Shown: one piece after another, positions 10,030 through 18,783 of the stretch
How positions within the stretch are numbered: position 1 is the stretch's first letter
How the letters are laid out: each line of letters opens with the position of its first letter
IMG/VR virus record: IMGVR_UViG_2563366953_000003
DNA length: 46,537 nt
Strand: one strand, 5' to 3'
Source: a virus
Taxonomy: Duplodnaviria > Heunggongvirae > Uroviricota > Caudoviricetes
Notes under the pieces: model-generated
What the model was told of the DNA's origin: nothing
The model's input: the letters and a program-made list of their open reading frames with translations, nothing else
Database searches by the model: none
Program-made: the position numbers and the translations under genes

Positions 10030-10950
10030 CTACCCTATTTGCACGCTGAGTTTGATTTCTGTGCAGTGCGGGGCCTGTCCGACGCCAGCGATCACATCCT
10101 CTGTTGGAGATATCAGAATCACACGCTCAGTGCCGTCACGGTGTATCGCATCGTAAATTCCCGACAGAGCTGCCGTCGCCCCGATTTTATGTTGTGTAGC
10201 CACGTATATAGCTAAATCGCTCTGAGCACCGTTGAGCAACACGTTCTGGTCGGGACCGAGCCCCGCTACGATAACGGCCTCAACCCGGTAATTCAGGTTC
10301 GACGCAGGTTTTACTGTAACGAAATCGGTTAGCGGTCGGGTGTCATCAGGAGACAGCGCTGCATTAACTGTATTCAGTAGTGATTGAGGCGGAGTGCCGT
10401 CGCCGGTTCGCGACAGGACATACATATCGACGTATCCAGGCTGGGTCACGGGGGGGCCGTATGCCTGAGCAGACAAAACGTCTGGATCACTCGATAGCGC
10501 GAAATAGTTATACGCGTTCGTACTGCCAGCAGTATTCCGCGCATACCATGATAGCTGTATGCGATGACGATACTCGTCGTCACTCTCGTAAACCGCCTCA
10601 GTCGGGGGGATTGCGTCAGGATTAGCTGGCGTTATCAACAGCCGCAGACAGTCAAAATTAGCGCCAATCTGATCGAGATCGCTATTTTTTGCGAATGCGA
10701 GCAATACAGCGAACACCCCTTGATTTACCCGGGCTGTAATAATGATTTCTCTGTATGCGACTATTTCCAGCAGTTTAACTGCCGGGTCTGACTCCAGGAG
10801 TGCGTTAAATTGTGGATATAATATCTGCAGCTCTGACAGTAGATTAGATTTAACATCTGAAAATAACGGGGTCTTAACGAATGCTGGCGGCGGCAGCAGA
10901 CTCATATCAATAGTTTTCACTATCGAGTTCTGAACTGTTGATGTTATCAA
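10030..10950 (-). CDS. Baseplate protein J (P2 gpJ-like)
   Basis: 306 aa, assigned by position between W and I in the P2-order baseplate block. Confidence 0.8.
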   Translation of the reverse strand: MITSTVQNSIVKTIDMSLLPPPAFVKTPLFSDVKSNLLSELQILYPQFNALLESDPAVKLLEIVAYREIIITARVNQGVFAVLLAFAKNSDLDQIGANFDCLRLLITPANPDAIPPTEAVYESDDEYRHRIQLSWYARNTAGSTNAYNYFALSSDPDVLSAQAYGPPVTQPGYVDMYVLSRTGDGTPPQSLLNTVNAALSPDDTRPLTDFVTVKPASNLNYRVEAVIVAGLGPDQNVLLNGAQSDLAIYVATQHKIGATAALSGIYDAIHRDGTERVILISPTEDVIAGVGQAPHCTEIKLSVQIG

Positions 10951-11288
10951 AATATCAGTTCCATATTATTAAACTCTAATCGCTGTTGTGTTTCGATATC
11001 TGTTGCGATAATTAATATTGTTATTTTCCCGATATCCACTGCTAACACATTTATTCTGTCAATTCTGACGCGTGGTTCCCAGCGTGCTATTGCGCCAGCG
11101 CTTTCCATAATTATTCGCATAGCAAGCGATGGATCTGTGGGATTATCAACGAGGTCAAATAATTTACTGCCATATTCCGGTAACATTACACGGGTCCCCA
11201 GCGGGGTCGTTAAAATATCAACGATAGACTGACAAATGTGGTCAACCCCGGATAAAGGTTTACCAGTGTAACGGTCCATTCCAAGCAT
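10947..11288 (-). CDS. Baseplate wedge protein W (P2 gpW, gp25-like)
   Basis: 113 aa; LGMDRYTGKPLSGVDHICQSIVDILTTPLGTRVM closely parallels the P2 gpW N-terminus (YLGMNRSDGL...SIGDILRTPVGSRVM). Confidence 0.9.
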   Translation of the reverse strand: MLGMDRYTGKPLSGVDHICQSIVDILTTPLGTRVMLPEYGSKLFDLVDNPTDPSLAMRIIMESAGAIARWEPRVRIDRINVLAVDIGKITILIIATDIETQQRLEFNNMELIF

Positions 11289-11290
11289 CT

Positions 11291-12193
11291 TTACGCCATT
11301 GGTTGATTTGGTTTATCTGTTTCTCCGTCAGGGCATATGTGCGTATGCCCGTTATATGTAATACGCATCTCATTCATTGTGCCTTGTCGGTCCTGTACCT
11401 CTTGCCCTGCTAACACACTACCGCGAGTTGTGATATTACCTGCTCCACCGTTATCTCCAGTGACAGAAATATCGTTACGGAATGTCGCTAACTTATCTAC
11501 AATTAACGTCTCGGTGATATGTGTTGGACCAGCTAGTGTTATCCCCCCCGGAGCCCACGCACTGATTGTTTGAGCTGTCAGCGATATTCTGTTCGCAGCA
11601 GTAATACTAACAGAACTCGTTGCTATAACGTTCACTAAATCCGCGTGTGCGTTAATTGTGTCTGTTGCTGTCACGTTAATAACGTCAGCGTCTGCGTTAA
11701 TTAATTTTCCACCGTGAATATTAACGACATTTTCGCTATTAATAGTAACGTCTGCTCGTCCGAATATTTCTATTTCAGACTCACCGAGTATTTTTACTAC
11801 GCCGTCCGGTACGCCCTGCCATGTCAGAGTGTGATTTTTTGTGTTATACGTCATCGTAGCCCCGTCACAGTATGCAGTGACGTGATCATGGGGGTCGTTG
11901 CTTGGCGGAGCTTTGTCGTCAATGTGCAGCCCGAGCATAACTACACCGTTCCGCGTGTCCCCACCTTCAGAAACAACAGTAACGGGATCGCCCACTGATG
12001 GTGCGCTCCAGTCGACGCGTTCTGAGGTGGCGTGAGTAAACCACTGCAGCCAGCCCGACTGGTGTTCGCCACCAAATGAGACTCGGCAACGGGGAGGATT
12101 CATTTTAACTGCAGCTATCGTGCCGCGTTTAACTGCGTCACGCAGCCGGCGCGCGTTCTCCGCTGCGGCATATTCATCGTCCGATTGGGCCAT
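11291..12193 (-). CDS. Baseplate spike protein V (P2 gpV-like) with C-terminal extension
   Basis: 300 aa; PRCRVSFGGEHQSGWLQWFTHA and APSVGDPV match the gpV core (GRCRVQTGG...WLQWLTHRA...APSVGEQV). Confidence 0.85.
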   Translation of the reverse strand: MAQSDDEYAAAENARRLRDAVKRGTIAAVKMNPPRCRVSFGGEHQSGWLQWFTHATSERVDWSAPSVGDPVTVVSEGGDTRNGVVMLGLHIDDKAPPSNDPHDHVTAYCDGATMTYNTKNHTLTWQGVPDGVVKILGESEIEIFGRADVTINSENVVNIHGGKLINADADVINVTATDTINAHADLVNVIATSSVSITAANRISLTAQTISAWAPGGITLAGPTHITETLIVDKLATFRNDISVTGDNGGAGNITTRGSVLAGQEVQDRQGTMNEMRITYNGHTHICPDGETDKPNQPMA

Positions 12194-12710
12194 AGTAGTC
12201 GCTCTCGTGTTCTGCGCCGATATCTGGCGCTATTCCGACGTATATATTTTTCAGGGTTCCCTGTGATGGATAATCGAAAATATCGGGACCGACGCCGACG
12301 ACCTGCGTGAACGACACGCACTGAACTGAATGCGAGCCGACTGACTGCCCGTTTTTAATCCAGTCACACGGTTCAGCGTCGCTGAATTTTGCCGGTTTAG
12401 TTCCGGGACCGAACATTCGCCCATTAATCCAGCTTGTTATATAGAGCGCTGCATTCTGCGATTTCAGTCCGTACTGATCAGCCGCAAACTCCCGCAGCAA
12501 ATACAAATTACACGACAGCTCGACTGACTGAATTGAACCCGACACAGGCTCATCACTCTGTGACCAGTTGCTGATTTCCAGGAACAGAGCTGGCGTTTCA
12601 AATCCTGCCGGAATTTCTGGATAAATACCGAATGTTTTGATGAACGGTATTTGTAAAACCGCGCCTTTAACGCGATCGAGGTATTCGTCAAATGCATCAA
12701 GTCCGCTCAT
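12174..12710 (-). CDS. Putative tail completion or neck protein (P2 R/S position)
   Basis: 178-aa ORF immediately upstream of gpV; assigned by synteny only. Confidence 0.4.
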   Translation of the reverse strand: MSGLDAFDEYLDRVKGAVLQIPFIKTFGIYPEIPAGFETPALFLEISNWSQSDEPVSGSIQSVELSCNLYLLREFAADQYGLKSQNAALYITSWINGRMFGPGTKPAKFSDAEPCDWIKNGQSVGSHSVQCVSFTQVVGVGPDIFDYPSQGTLKNIYVGIAPDIGAEHESDYYGPIGR

Positions 12711-13387
12711 AATCGTTTACCTGTTTTAGGGTCTACGTGAACGATTCCTTTCACTCGACCGCGTAAATCTTTCTCAAAAAATCCCATAAAAACAGGGCCG
12801 ATATTTTCGAAAATATAATCATCGATAGCATCCTCCAGCGCGTCGTGCACAGGTACGCGAGCCTCTTCGATTCCTCCGCGAGCCAGTCGAATCCAGACAC
12901 TTTTCGCACCGTAGCGTTTCGCTACGAAAGAATCGGGCCAGCTCATCATCGCCAGCCCTGCACTTTTGGGTGTAAAAGTTGCACCTCGAGCGCCTTTTTT
13001 TGTTTTCAAAAATTGACCGGTCTCTGGATTGCGAGGCTGCTTTTGCTTCCGGGGATTTTGTAATCGCCCCTTTAGCTCAGATACCCGAAAATCGTTCAGG
13101 CCGTACCAGAGCTTTACGCTGCTCAGATCTCCTGCCCCTTCTTTTGTAAAATTACGGCGCTTAATGAACGGTTTGATTCGTTTATCTACGGCCTTATGAT
13201 TTTTAGCTGCCAGTGCAGTCAAAATCATTCCTGCTGAAATTCGATGCATATGCTTTGCAGTTCGGTTCAGCGCCCTGTTGTATGCCATCAGCATCTGATG
13301 TTGCGTCGCGCTAATTTCGACTCTGAGTTGCTCCAGCGCAGAAACATCGATATCGAACATCTGCGCGTTACTACGTAAATCGGCCAC
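12707..13387 (-). CDS. Putative virion morphogenesis or tail completion protein (P2 R/S position)
   Basis: 226-aa basic protein between the FII-like gene and the baseplate genes; assigned by synteny only. Confidence 0.4.
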   Translation of the reverse strand: MADLRSNAQMFDIDVSALEQLRVEISATQHQMLMAYNRALNRTAKHMHRISAGMILTALAAKNHKAVDKRIKPFIKRRNFTKEGAGDLSSVKLWYGLNDFRVSELKGRLQNPRKQKQPRNPETGQFLKTKKGARGATFTPKSAGLAMMSWPDSFVAKRYGAKSVWIRLARGGIEEARVPVHDALEDAIDDYIFENIGPVFMGFFEKDLRGRVKGIVHVDPKTGKRL

Positions 13388-13418
13388 GCTTCCCCCTTAA
13401 GTGGGACCGCGTTCCCAC

Positions 13419-13799
13419 TTAGTATTTTGAATACTCGCTGTTTTCGCTGGGTGTGTGAGACTCTAAAAAAATATTCGTGAGCCCTGTGCCATCCGGCTGA
13501 GGTTCTTTAACAACGTAATCGGTCCAACAAGACCAGGTAACTGAGCCGTCAGCAGCGATACTGCGCTGCTTTGGGACCTGGACAACGTCACGCGCAACAA
13601 CGCCAGCGACGTCGTCTGAGAGCGCTGTCAGGCTCGTTACTGTACCGGTAATAAAACCAGCGTGAGGAACGTCAACGCGCGCGTAAGGCTCGTTGAAAAT
13701 AGCGATAATGGGGTCGGTTTTACCGCGTAATTTAACGGGCCGTCCCCACTCACGGATCATCTCCTCGTCGCCAGCCCGGAGGTCATCGTAGTAGCTCAT
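13419..13799 (-). CDS. Head-tail joining protein (lambda gpFII position)
   Basis: 126 aa directly after the FI-like gene; weak N-terminal resemblance to lambda FII. Confidence 0.5.
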   Translation of the reverse strand: MSYYDDLRAGDEEMIREWGRPVKLRGKTDPIIAIFNEPYARVDVPHAGFITGTVTSLTALSDDVAGVVARDVVQVPKQRSIAADGSVTWSCWTDYVVKEPQPDGTGLTNIFLESHTPSENSEYSKY

Positions 13800-14215
13800 A
13801 GCGCGTAAACGTGATCAGCTGCGATGAGGTCCGCGACCTCCGGTGAATCAACAACAATTTCACGTCCAGCGGCAACAATCTCGCGAACGCGACGCCCGTT
13901 CACGTAGTGATAAACGTCCAGCGTGTTACGCAGCTTAACGCGGCGCGTAGCCGGTGCAAGCTCCGGTTCTTGTGACTGTGAAACGATAGCGCTCGCGATT
14001 GATTGAGCGAGATCGCTATCAGTCCCGGGCGCAGTATTCACCGCGATCTCGATGCCTCCCGCGTCACCAGATTGCTCATTCAGAATATCGAGCTCTGACT
14101 CAGCGCCGGCAACGATTGATTCCAGTTCCGCAATAGTCCCGCTGCGCGGTAATTCGCGACCGAGCTGAGCGCTCAGATCGTCAATGCGCGCCAGCAATTC
14201 TGTTTTTGTGCTCAT
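13796..14215 (-). CDS. FI: DNA packaging protein FI (lambda gpFI-like)
   Basis: 139 aa; N-terminus MSTKTELLARIDDLSAQLGRELPRSGTIAEL parallels lambda FI (MTKDELIARLRSLGEQLNRDVSLTGTKEEL). Confidence 0.75.
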   Translation of the reverse strand: MSTKTELLARIDDLSAQLGRELPRSGTIAELESIVAGAESELDILNEQSGDAGGIEIAVNTAPGTDSDLAQSIASAIVSQSQEPELAPATRRVKLRNTLDVYHYVNGRRVREIVAAGREIVVDSPEVADLIAADHVYAL

Positions 14216-14227
14216 GTTGATTCCTTA

Positions 14228-14262
14228 ACCAAAAAGAGCCTTTCGGCTCTTACGCAATTTTT
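14228..14262 (-). terminator. Terminator-like hairpin after the major capsid gene
   Basis: AGAGCC-TTTC-GGCTCT stem-loop overlapping the capsid stop, flanked by A/T runs. Confidence 0.35.
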
Positions 14263-15284
14263 ACGACAACGAACGCGTCGGCGTCCGTGAGGACCATTGC
14301 TGGCGCGGATTGCGTCATTGTTTGCGTCACTGCCGGATCACCGGTAGTGGTCCAGACTTTTGGATAGCGCGTCGCTTCGCAAATACCCTCTTTCAGCGCG
14401 TCTTCGTCCTGAATTGCGCCATAAGTGCGGAGCCCGCGGTTTTTTGTGTTGCCAAGGATCATCGTGTTATCCGGCATATAACGCGTTTCAGTGCCTGTTA
14501 CCGGGTCGATGTATTGCCCTTTGTAGACAAACAGCGCCGTGTCGCCGTAATAACCCTTAAAGCTAACGACATCGCCCAGGTTTTTCAGCGCGACTTCGAG
14601 CTGACTGTTTGAGCCGCGGCGCGTATCCAGTGCCGTCCAGAATTTTTTAAAACGCTTCAACTGCTTCCAGGCTTTACCATCCATGATGATCACGTTAACC
14701 GCACCGGAGGCGAGGTCCGCGTAGGATTCAATATCGTCGCTCGGGTCATACGTTTCCGCGTCCTGAGTCGACCATGCTGTCGAACCAGACTGAGTGACGT
14801 TATTCGTCGCGCTGCGGCTCATGTCGATCTCATAGGTCTCAATATTGCTGCCGGAAACTGTGTATTTACCGTACAGAACAGCCTGTACCGCCTGGAACTC
14901 TTCGAGCTGGCTGATGCTCAATTCCTCATCGAGCAGGTTCTGCATGATAATTTTTGCACGACGTTCGACCGGCGTTTCCTGCTGGCCAATCTGCTCACCT
15001 GCGGCGCGCTTGATGCTCATATTCGGATTGATCGTGTGTTTCGGCTTCGTGTAACCCGGTTTGAAATGGTTCGTTGAATAGCCGCGAGTGCGGTCAACTT
15101 TGCCGGTGATCATCGGCGCGCAGTACACGGCCATGTTCACTTTTCCCGGGATTTTATCCAGAAAAACCTCTTCGCTCGTAAACGTGTATGTCTCACGAAA
15201 AAAAAGTCTTAAAAATAACGGATTGAACTTAAATACCTGCTGTGTCGCGGTAATGAGTTCTGACGTAGTAAACGAATCGCTCAT
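14250..15284 (-). CDS. E: Major capsid protein (lambda gpE-like)
   Basis: 344 aa; FNPLFLRLFFRETYTFTSEEVFLDKIPG, PGYTKPKH, IIMQNLLDEEL, LDTRRGSNS and PDNTMILGNTKNRGLRTYG match lambda gpE as recalled. Confidence 0.9.
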   Translation of the reverse strand: MSDSFTTSELITATQQVFKFNPLFLRLFFRETYTFTSEEVFLDKIPGKVNMAVYCAPMITGKVDRTRGYSTNHFKPGYTKPKHTINPNMSIKRAAGEQIGQQETPVERRAKIIMQNLLDEELSISQLEEFQAVQAVLYGKYTVSGSNIETYEIDMSRSATNNVTQSGSTAWSTQDAETYDPSDDIESYADLASGAVNVIIMDGKAWKQLKRFKKFWTALDTRRGSNSQLEVALKNLGDVVSFKGYYGDTALFVYKGQYIDPVTGTETRYMPDNTMILGNTKNRGLRTYGAIQDEDALKEGICEATRYPKVWTTTGDPAVTQTMTQSAPAMVLTDADAFVVVKIA

Positions 15285-15299
15285 TTAGATATCCTGTAT

Positions 15300-15337
15300 A
15301 AAAAAACCGCCCGTAGGCGGCTTGTTTTTAGTTTTTT
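15300..15337 (-). terminator. Bidirectional intrinsic-terminator-like hairpin between decoration and major capsid genes
   Basis: A-run, CCGCC-CGTA-GGCGG stem-loop, then T-run; on the minus-strand RNA the hairpin is followed by UUUUUUU just before the capsid gene RBS. Confidence 0.45.
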
Positions 15338-15342
15338 TGCTA

Positions 15343-15672
15343 TCAGCCGACGCTGATCGGCGTACCTGCAAACGCTGATTTGCGTTTAGCTACGTCGGTA
15401 ACCGTACCCCAATTGATCGCCGTGTAATGGAACGAGCCTGATTTGTAGTACGAGCAGTCTGCAGAACTGGAACCCGTATTAACTGCGGTGGCTGTGAGGC
15501 CAATGGCCTTACCGACTGAACCGTCCCAGACTTTAAACGTGCCGGCGGTAGCGTCGACCATGACAGGCGTCAGCCGGGGTACGTTGATCCCGCCCTGAAA
15601 ATGACCGACGGTCGTCACAACGAGATCGGGTCCCAGAATAAAATCGTCCGGGCTATACGTTTCTGTTGTCAT
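15343..15672 (-). CDS. D: Head decoration protein (lambda gpD-like)
   Basis: 109 aa; KVWDGS, YYKSGSFHY and C-terminal KRKSAFAGTPISVG match lambda gpD (KRTAFAGTAISIV). Confidence 0.85.
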   Translation of the reverse strand: MTTETYSPDDFILGPDLVVTTVGHFQGGINVPRLTPVMVDATAGTFKVWDGSVGKAIGLTATAVNTGSSSADCSYYKSGSFHYTAINWGTVTDVAKRKSAFAGTPISVG

Positions 15673-16979
15673 TATTCATCCCCTAAAATTGAACGCCCCG
15701 CCGCGACGAGCATCGAGACGTTTGCGGTTGTTCCTGTTGCCGTGGTGCTTCCGGCATCCTGAATAGTTTCCGGTGATTCAGTGCTCATTAGTGTATCGAG
15801 CGCCGTTTCTGTCCGCGCCTGCGCTGTTTGCGGTGCTGCCGCGAGTACCAGCTGCGCCTGCTCGACGGTCATCCCGGGGACGCCAGCGAGCGCTTTTGCC
15901 TGCGCCTCGCGCCCAACAGCTTCGGGACAATTGATGATGGCCATCACGCGCGCCAGTTCGCTCGACACAGCGTCAGCGCGAATCTGTTTCTCGTTGAACT
16001 CAACCTGCGCGACCGTAGTCGTGGCCGCGGTTTGTTCTGTGGTCGTGGTCTCCGCCGTGGTTTCTGTACCTGGCATAAATCGCTCCATTTTTGGTTTCAG
16101 TGCGTCGGCCATCACTGCGATAGCGTCCGCGTAATTAACGAGTTGATCAGCGAGACCAGATTTAATCGCGTCCGCGCCGATAAATACTGCGGCCTCCGTG
16201 GCCAGCACCCTGGATTTTTTCAGACCGGTATAATCTGATACCTTTTGCGCGAACTGCTCGCGTGTGCTGTTAATACTCAGCTGGAATTCGTCGCGAACGT
16301 CGTCGGGCAGCTGGGAATACGGGTTCCCGTCGACTTTGTGCGCGCCGGCGTAAATCAGCGTCACGTCAACGCCGGCAATCTCCAGCGCCTTTTCGACGCA
16401 GCGGTGAGCCATCAGGACACCGATTGAACCAACTGTGCCGGTCTGCGTTATCAGCCGGCGCGAACACGCTGACGCCAGCAAATATGCGGCGCTGCAGGCC
16501 GTATCGCTGGCCAGCGCCCACACCGGTTTTTGCTCTCGCGCCCGTGCGATTAAATCAGCGGTATCAAACGCGCCGGCGACCTCACCGCCAGGGGAGTCAA
16601 TATCCAGCAGGATCCCCTTAACATCGGGATCAGAAATCGCCTGCTGCAGACGTTTTGCGATTCCGTCATAACCACTCATTCCACTGACTGGATTGATATA
16701 ACCCAATTTATGAACCAGCGTCCCCGTAACCGGCAGCACGGCTATACCACGCTCCACGCGGTACGCTTTCTGGCGCGGTCGCTCGCTGCCGTCCCAGCTC
16801 ATCGCGAGCGCGTTCATTTCGTCGCTGCTCATTACCTCACCGGACGCTGTATCAATCAGTCGCCCGGTACCGAACCGGTCGCTCAGCGCCGAAAAAAATA
16901 CCCGTGCGTAGACGGGTTCCAGTAAAAGCGGTTGATTAAACGCCCGGGCGGCGATATACGGAAAATGGTTCCACGGCAT
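15672..16979 (-). CDS. C: Prohead protease / scaffold (lambda gpC-like, S49 peptidase family)
   Basis: 435 aa between portal and decoration genes; SppA/ClpP-like core with an Ala/Thr/Glu-rich C-terminal scaffold-like region. Confidence 0.8.
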   Translation of the reverse strand: MPWNHFPYIAARAFNQPLLLEPVYARVFFSALSDRFGTGRLIDTASGEVMSSDEMNALAMSWDGSERPRQKAYRVERGIAVLPVTGTLVHKLGYINPVSGMSGYDGIAKRLQQAISDPDVKGILLDIDSPGGEVAGAFDTADLIARAREQKPVWALASDTACSAAYLLASACSRRLITQTGTVGSIGVLMAHRCVEKALEIAGVDVTLIYAGAHKVDGNPYSQLPDDVRDEFQLSINSTREQFAQKVSDYTGLKKSRVLATEAAVFIGADAIKSGLADQLVNYADAIAVMADALKPKMERFMPGTETTAETTTTEQTAATTTVAQVEFNEKQIRADAVSSELARVMAIINCPEAVGREAQAKALAGVPGMTVEQAQLVLAAAPQTAQARTETALDTLMSTESPETIQDAGSTTATGTTANVSMLVAAGRSILGDE

Positions 16980-18553
16980 CAGTTACCTCCCCAGCCGTTA
17001 TCGTTGGTATTTGATGGATGAGAGACAGACCAGGACGGCTCGCTCAACCCCATTTCACGCCGGCGCTGAATTTCGTATTCCTGTTGCTCCATAACCTCCT
17101 CGTAATCCTGTCCCTGCAGCGCCAGTTCGTTCTGATACGTGCTGAGGCCAGTTGTGATACGCATTGCACTCTCCTGAACCTCTTTCAGTCCGTCGATGGC
17201 CATGCGACCTGCACCTATCCAAAGCGCGTTCGTCCAGGAGTTCCGCGCCTCATAAAATGACCGGACCGCTGAGCGTGGCAGGGTGATAATTCCGCGTGCC
17301 AGCGCCTCTTCAAACCAGCAACAAAACATCAGCGACGCTTGTCTCGCGGCGATAAAACGTCGACGGCCCATAAAAAATCGCCAGCTCACGTTCGCGCTGG
17401 CCCGGGCGCTGGAGTAACTGACCTGGCTGTAGTCCCGACTCAGTTCTTCGTATGACGCGCCGACGCCAGCGGCAACGTAACGCAGGAGTGATTTTTCCAG
17501 CGAACTGAAACCAGCGTCAGCGTTCTGAGCGGTCTGTAAACTGAGTTTGTCGCCGGGGTGCAGGTGAGGGACTTTCACGCCGCCTAATTTAATGTTTGCG
17601 CCGTTGTAGTACGTCACGTAACTCTGAATAAACGAATTCAGTGGGTTCGAGTCGATATCAGTACCCGCGCCGGCGATATATTCAAACGCCTGCTGGCTGT
17701 CGAGCTCTGATTCGATTGTCGCGGCATACATCGCCTTCACAATGGCGCTCTGCAGTTGTGTTTGCTGCAGCGTGTCGAGCATTTTCAGACGCTCCATCAC
17801 GCTGTAGAAAATGTTATCTCCGCGGGTCTGTCCGTCCTCGAGCGGCTCGAATATGTGAATGAATGCGTGTCTGCCGCTGCTGAGCTGCGCTGGTATACGC
17901 CGGCACTTGCCGATTCCACCGAGTGGATAGGTGTCCTCGGCTATCCAGTAGCCCACTGCGGCTCCATTTTTATCGATATCAACACCGGCGCGGCGAAATC
18001 GGGTGTCAGCTGCGTAACCCGGATTTCGAATCCGTTTCGGCGAAACCATTTTGAATCGCGTCCGAAAAACGCTACCGGTACTGCTTTCCCAGACCGGTTG
18101 TACGCAGGTTTCACCGTTAAACGCGTGAGTGGCCACACCCTCGCGGATCATCATTGTGAACGTCCGTTTCCGCTCGATATCAATCGTGCAGTGAGGGTCC
18201 TCAGCGTATTCAGTCCACGCGACCTCAACGTCACGCGCCAGCGCCCTGGCGTCCTCGCGAGATATCCCTAGGTAACGCCAGTTAGGGCGATAACTCAATT
18301 TAAACAGATTGCCGACAATATGATCCTGGTGCAGCTGCACGGCGTTCGACGCGACACCGTTATTGCGAACGAGATCGTCTGCTCGCGCGTTACCGCGATA
18401 AAAATTAGGCAGCAGTGCCGCATCGGCGCTTTGCTGTGGCGCATTCCAGTCAATCAGCTGGCCACCGAAACCGGGACCGCCGCCGTTATACCCCGCAAAA
18501 CGGCGTAGTGGCGTTTTACCGTCAGGCCCGAGCAGCTGCTGTGGAGCAGTCAT
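16979..18553 (-). CDS. B: Portal protein (lambda gpB-like)
   Basis: 524 aa in the lambda B position between W and C. Confidence 0.85.
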   Translation of the reverse strand: MTAPQQLLGPDGKTPLRRFAGYNGGGPGFGGQLIDWNAPQQSADAALLPNFYRGNARADDLVRNNGVASNAVQLHQDHIVGNLFKLSYRPNWRYLGISREDARALARDVEVAWTEYAEDPHCTIDIERKRTFTMMIREGVATHAFNGETCVQPVWESSTGSVFRTRFKMVSPKRIRNPGYAADTRFRRAGVDIDKNGAAVGYWIAEDTYPLGGIGKCRRIPAQLSSGRHAFIHIFEPLEDGQTRGDNIFYSVMERLKMLDTLQQTQLQSAIVKAMYAATIESELDSQQAFEYIAGAGTDIDSNPLNSFIQSYVTYYNGANIKLGGVKVPHLHPGDKLSLQTAQNADAGFSSLEKSLLRYVAAGVGASYEELSRDYSQVSYSSARASANVSWRFFMGRRRFIAARQASLMFCCWFEEALARGIITLPRSAVRSFYEARNSWTNALWIGAGRMAIDGLKEVQESAMRITTGLSTYQNELALQGQDYEEVMEQQEYEIQRRREMGLSEPSWSVSHPSNTNDNGWGGN

Positions 18554-18783
18554 AATCGAACTCCCACGGGACGGCGGCGTCCCGTACTCAGACCGAGCTG
18601 TGATTTCAGCTCGATAATGTACGTTCGGAGCTGTTCAATACTCGCCTGGGAGTACTGATAGCTCCGGTTATTTCCCGCTGAATCGCCGTGAGACAGCGAC
18701 ACGGTCGATTTACCCGTTAATAATTTGTGCAGAGCGATTTCCGCTTCCAGCAGCCGTTCTGTTAAAACCTCGCGCGCGGTCAT
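18550..18783 (-). CDS. W: Head-tail connector protein W (lambda gpW-like)
   Basis: 77 aa; HKLLTGKSTVSLS...YIIELKSQLGLSTGRRRPVG parallels lambda gpW (HDLMTGKRVATV...[20 protein letters not shown]). Confidence 0.8.
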   Translation of the reverse strand: MTAREVLTERLLEAEIALHKLLTGKSTVSLSHGDSAGNNRSYQYSQASIEQLRTYIIELKSQLGLSTGRRRPVGVRL

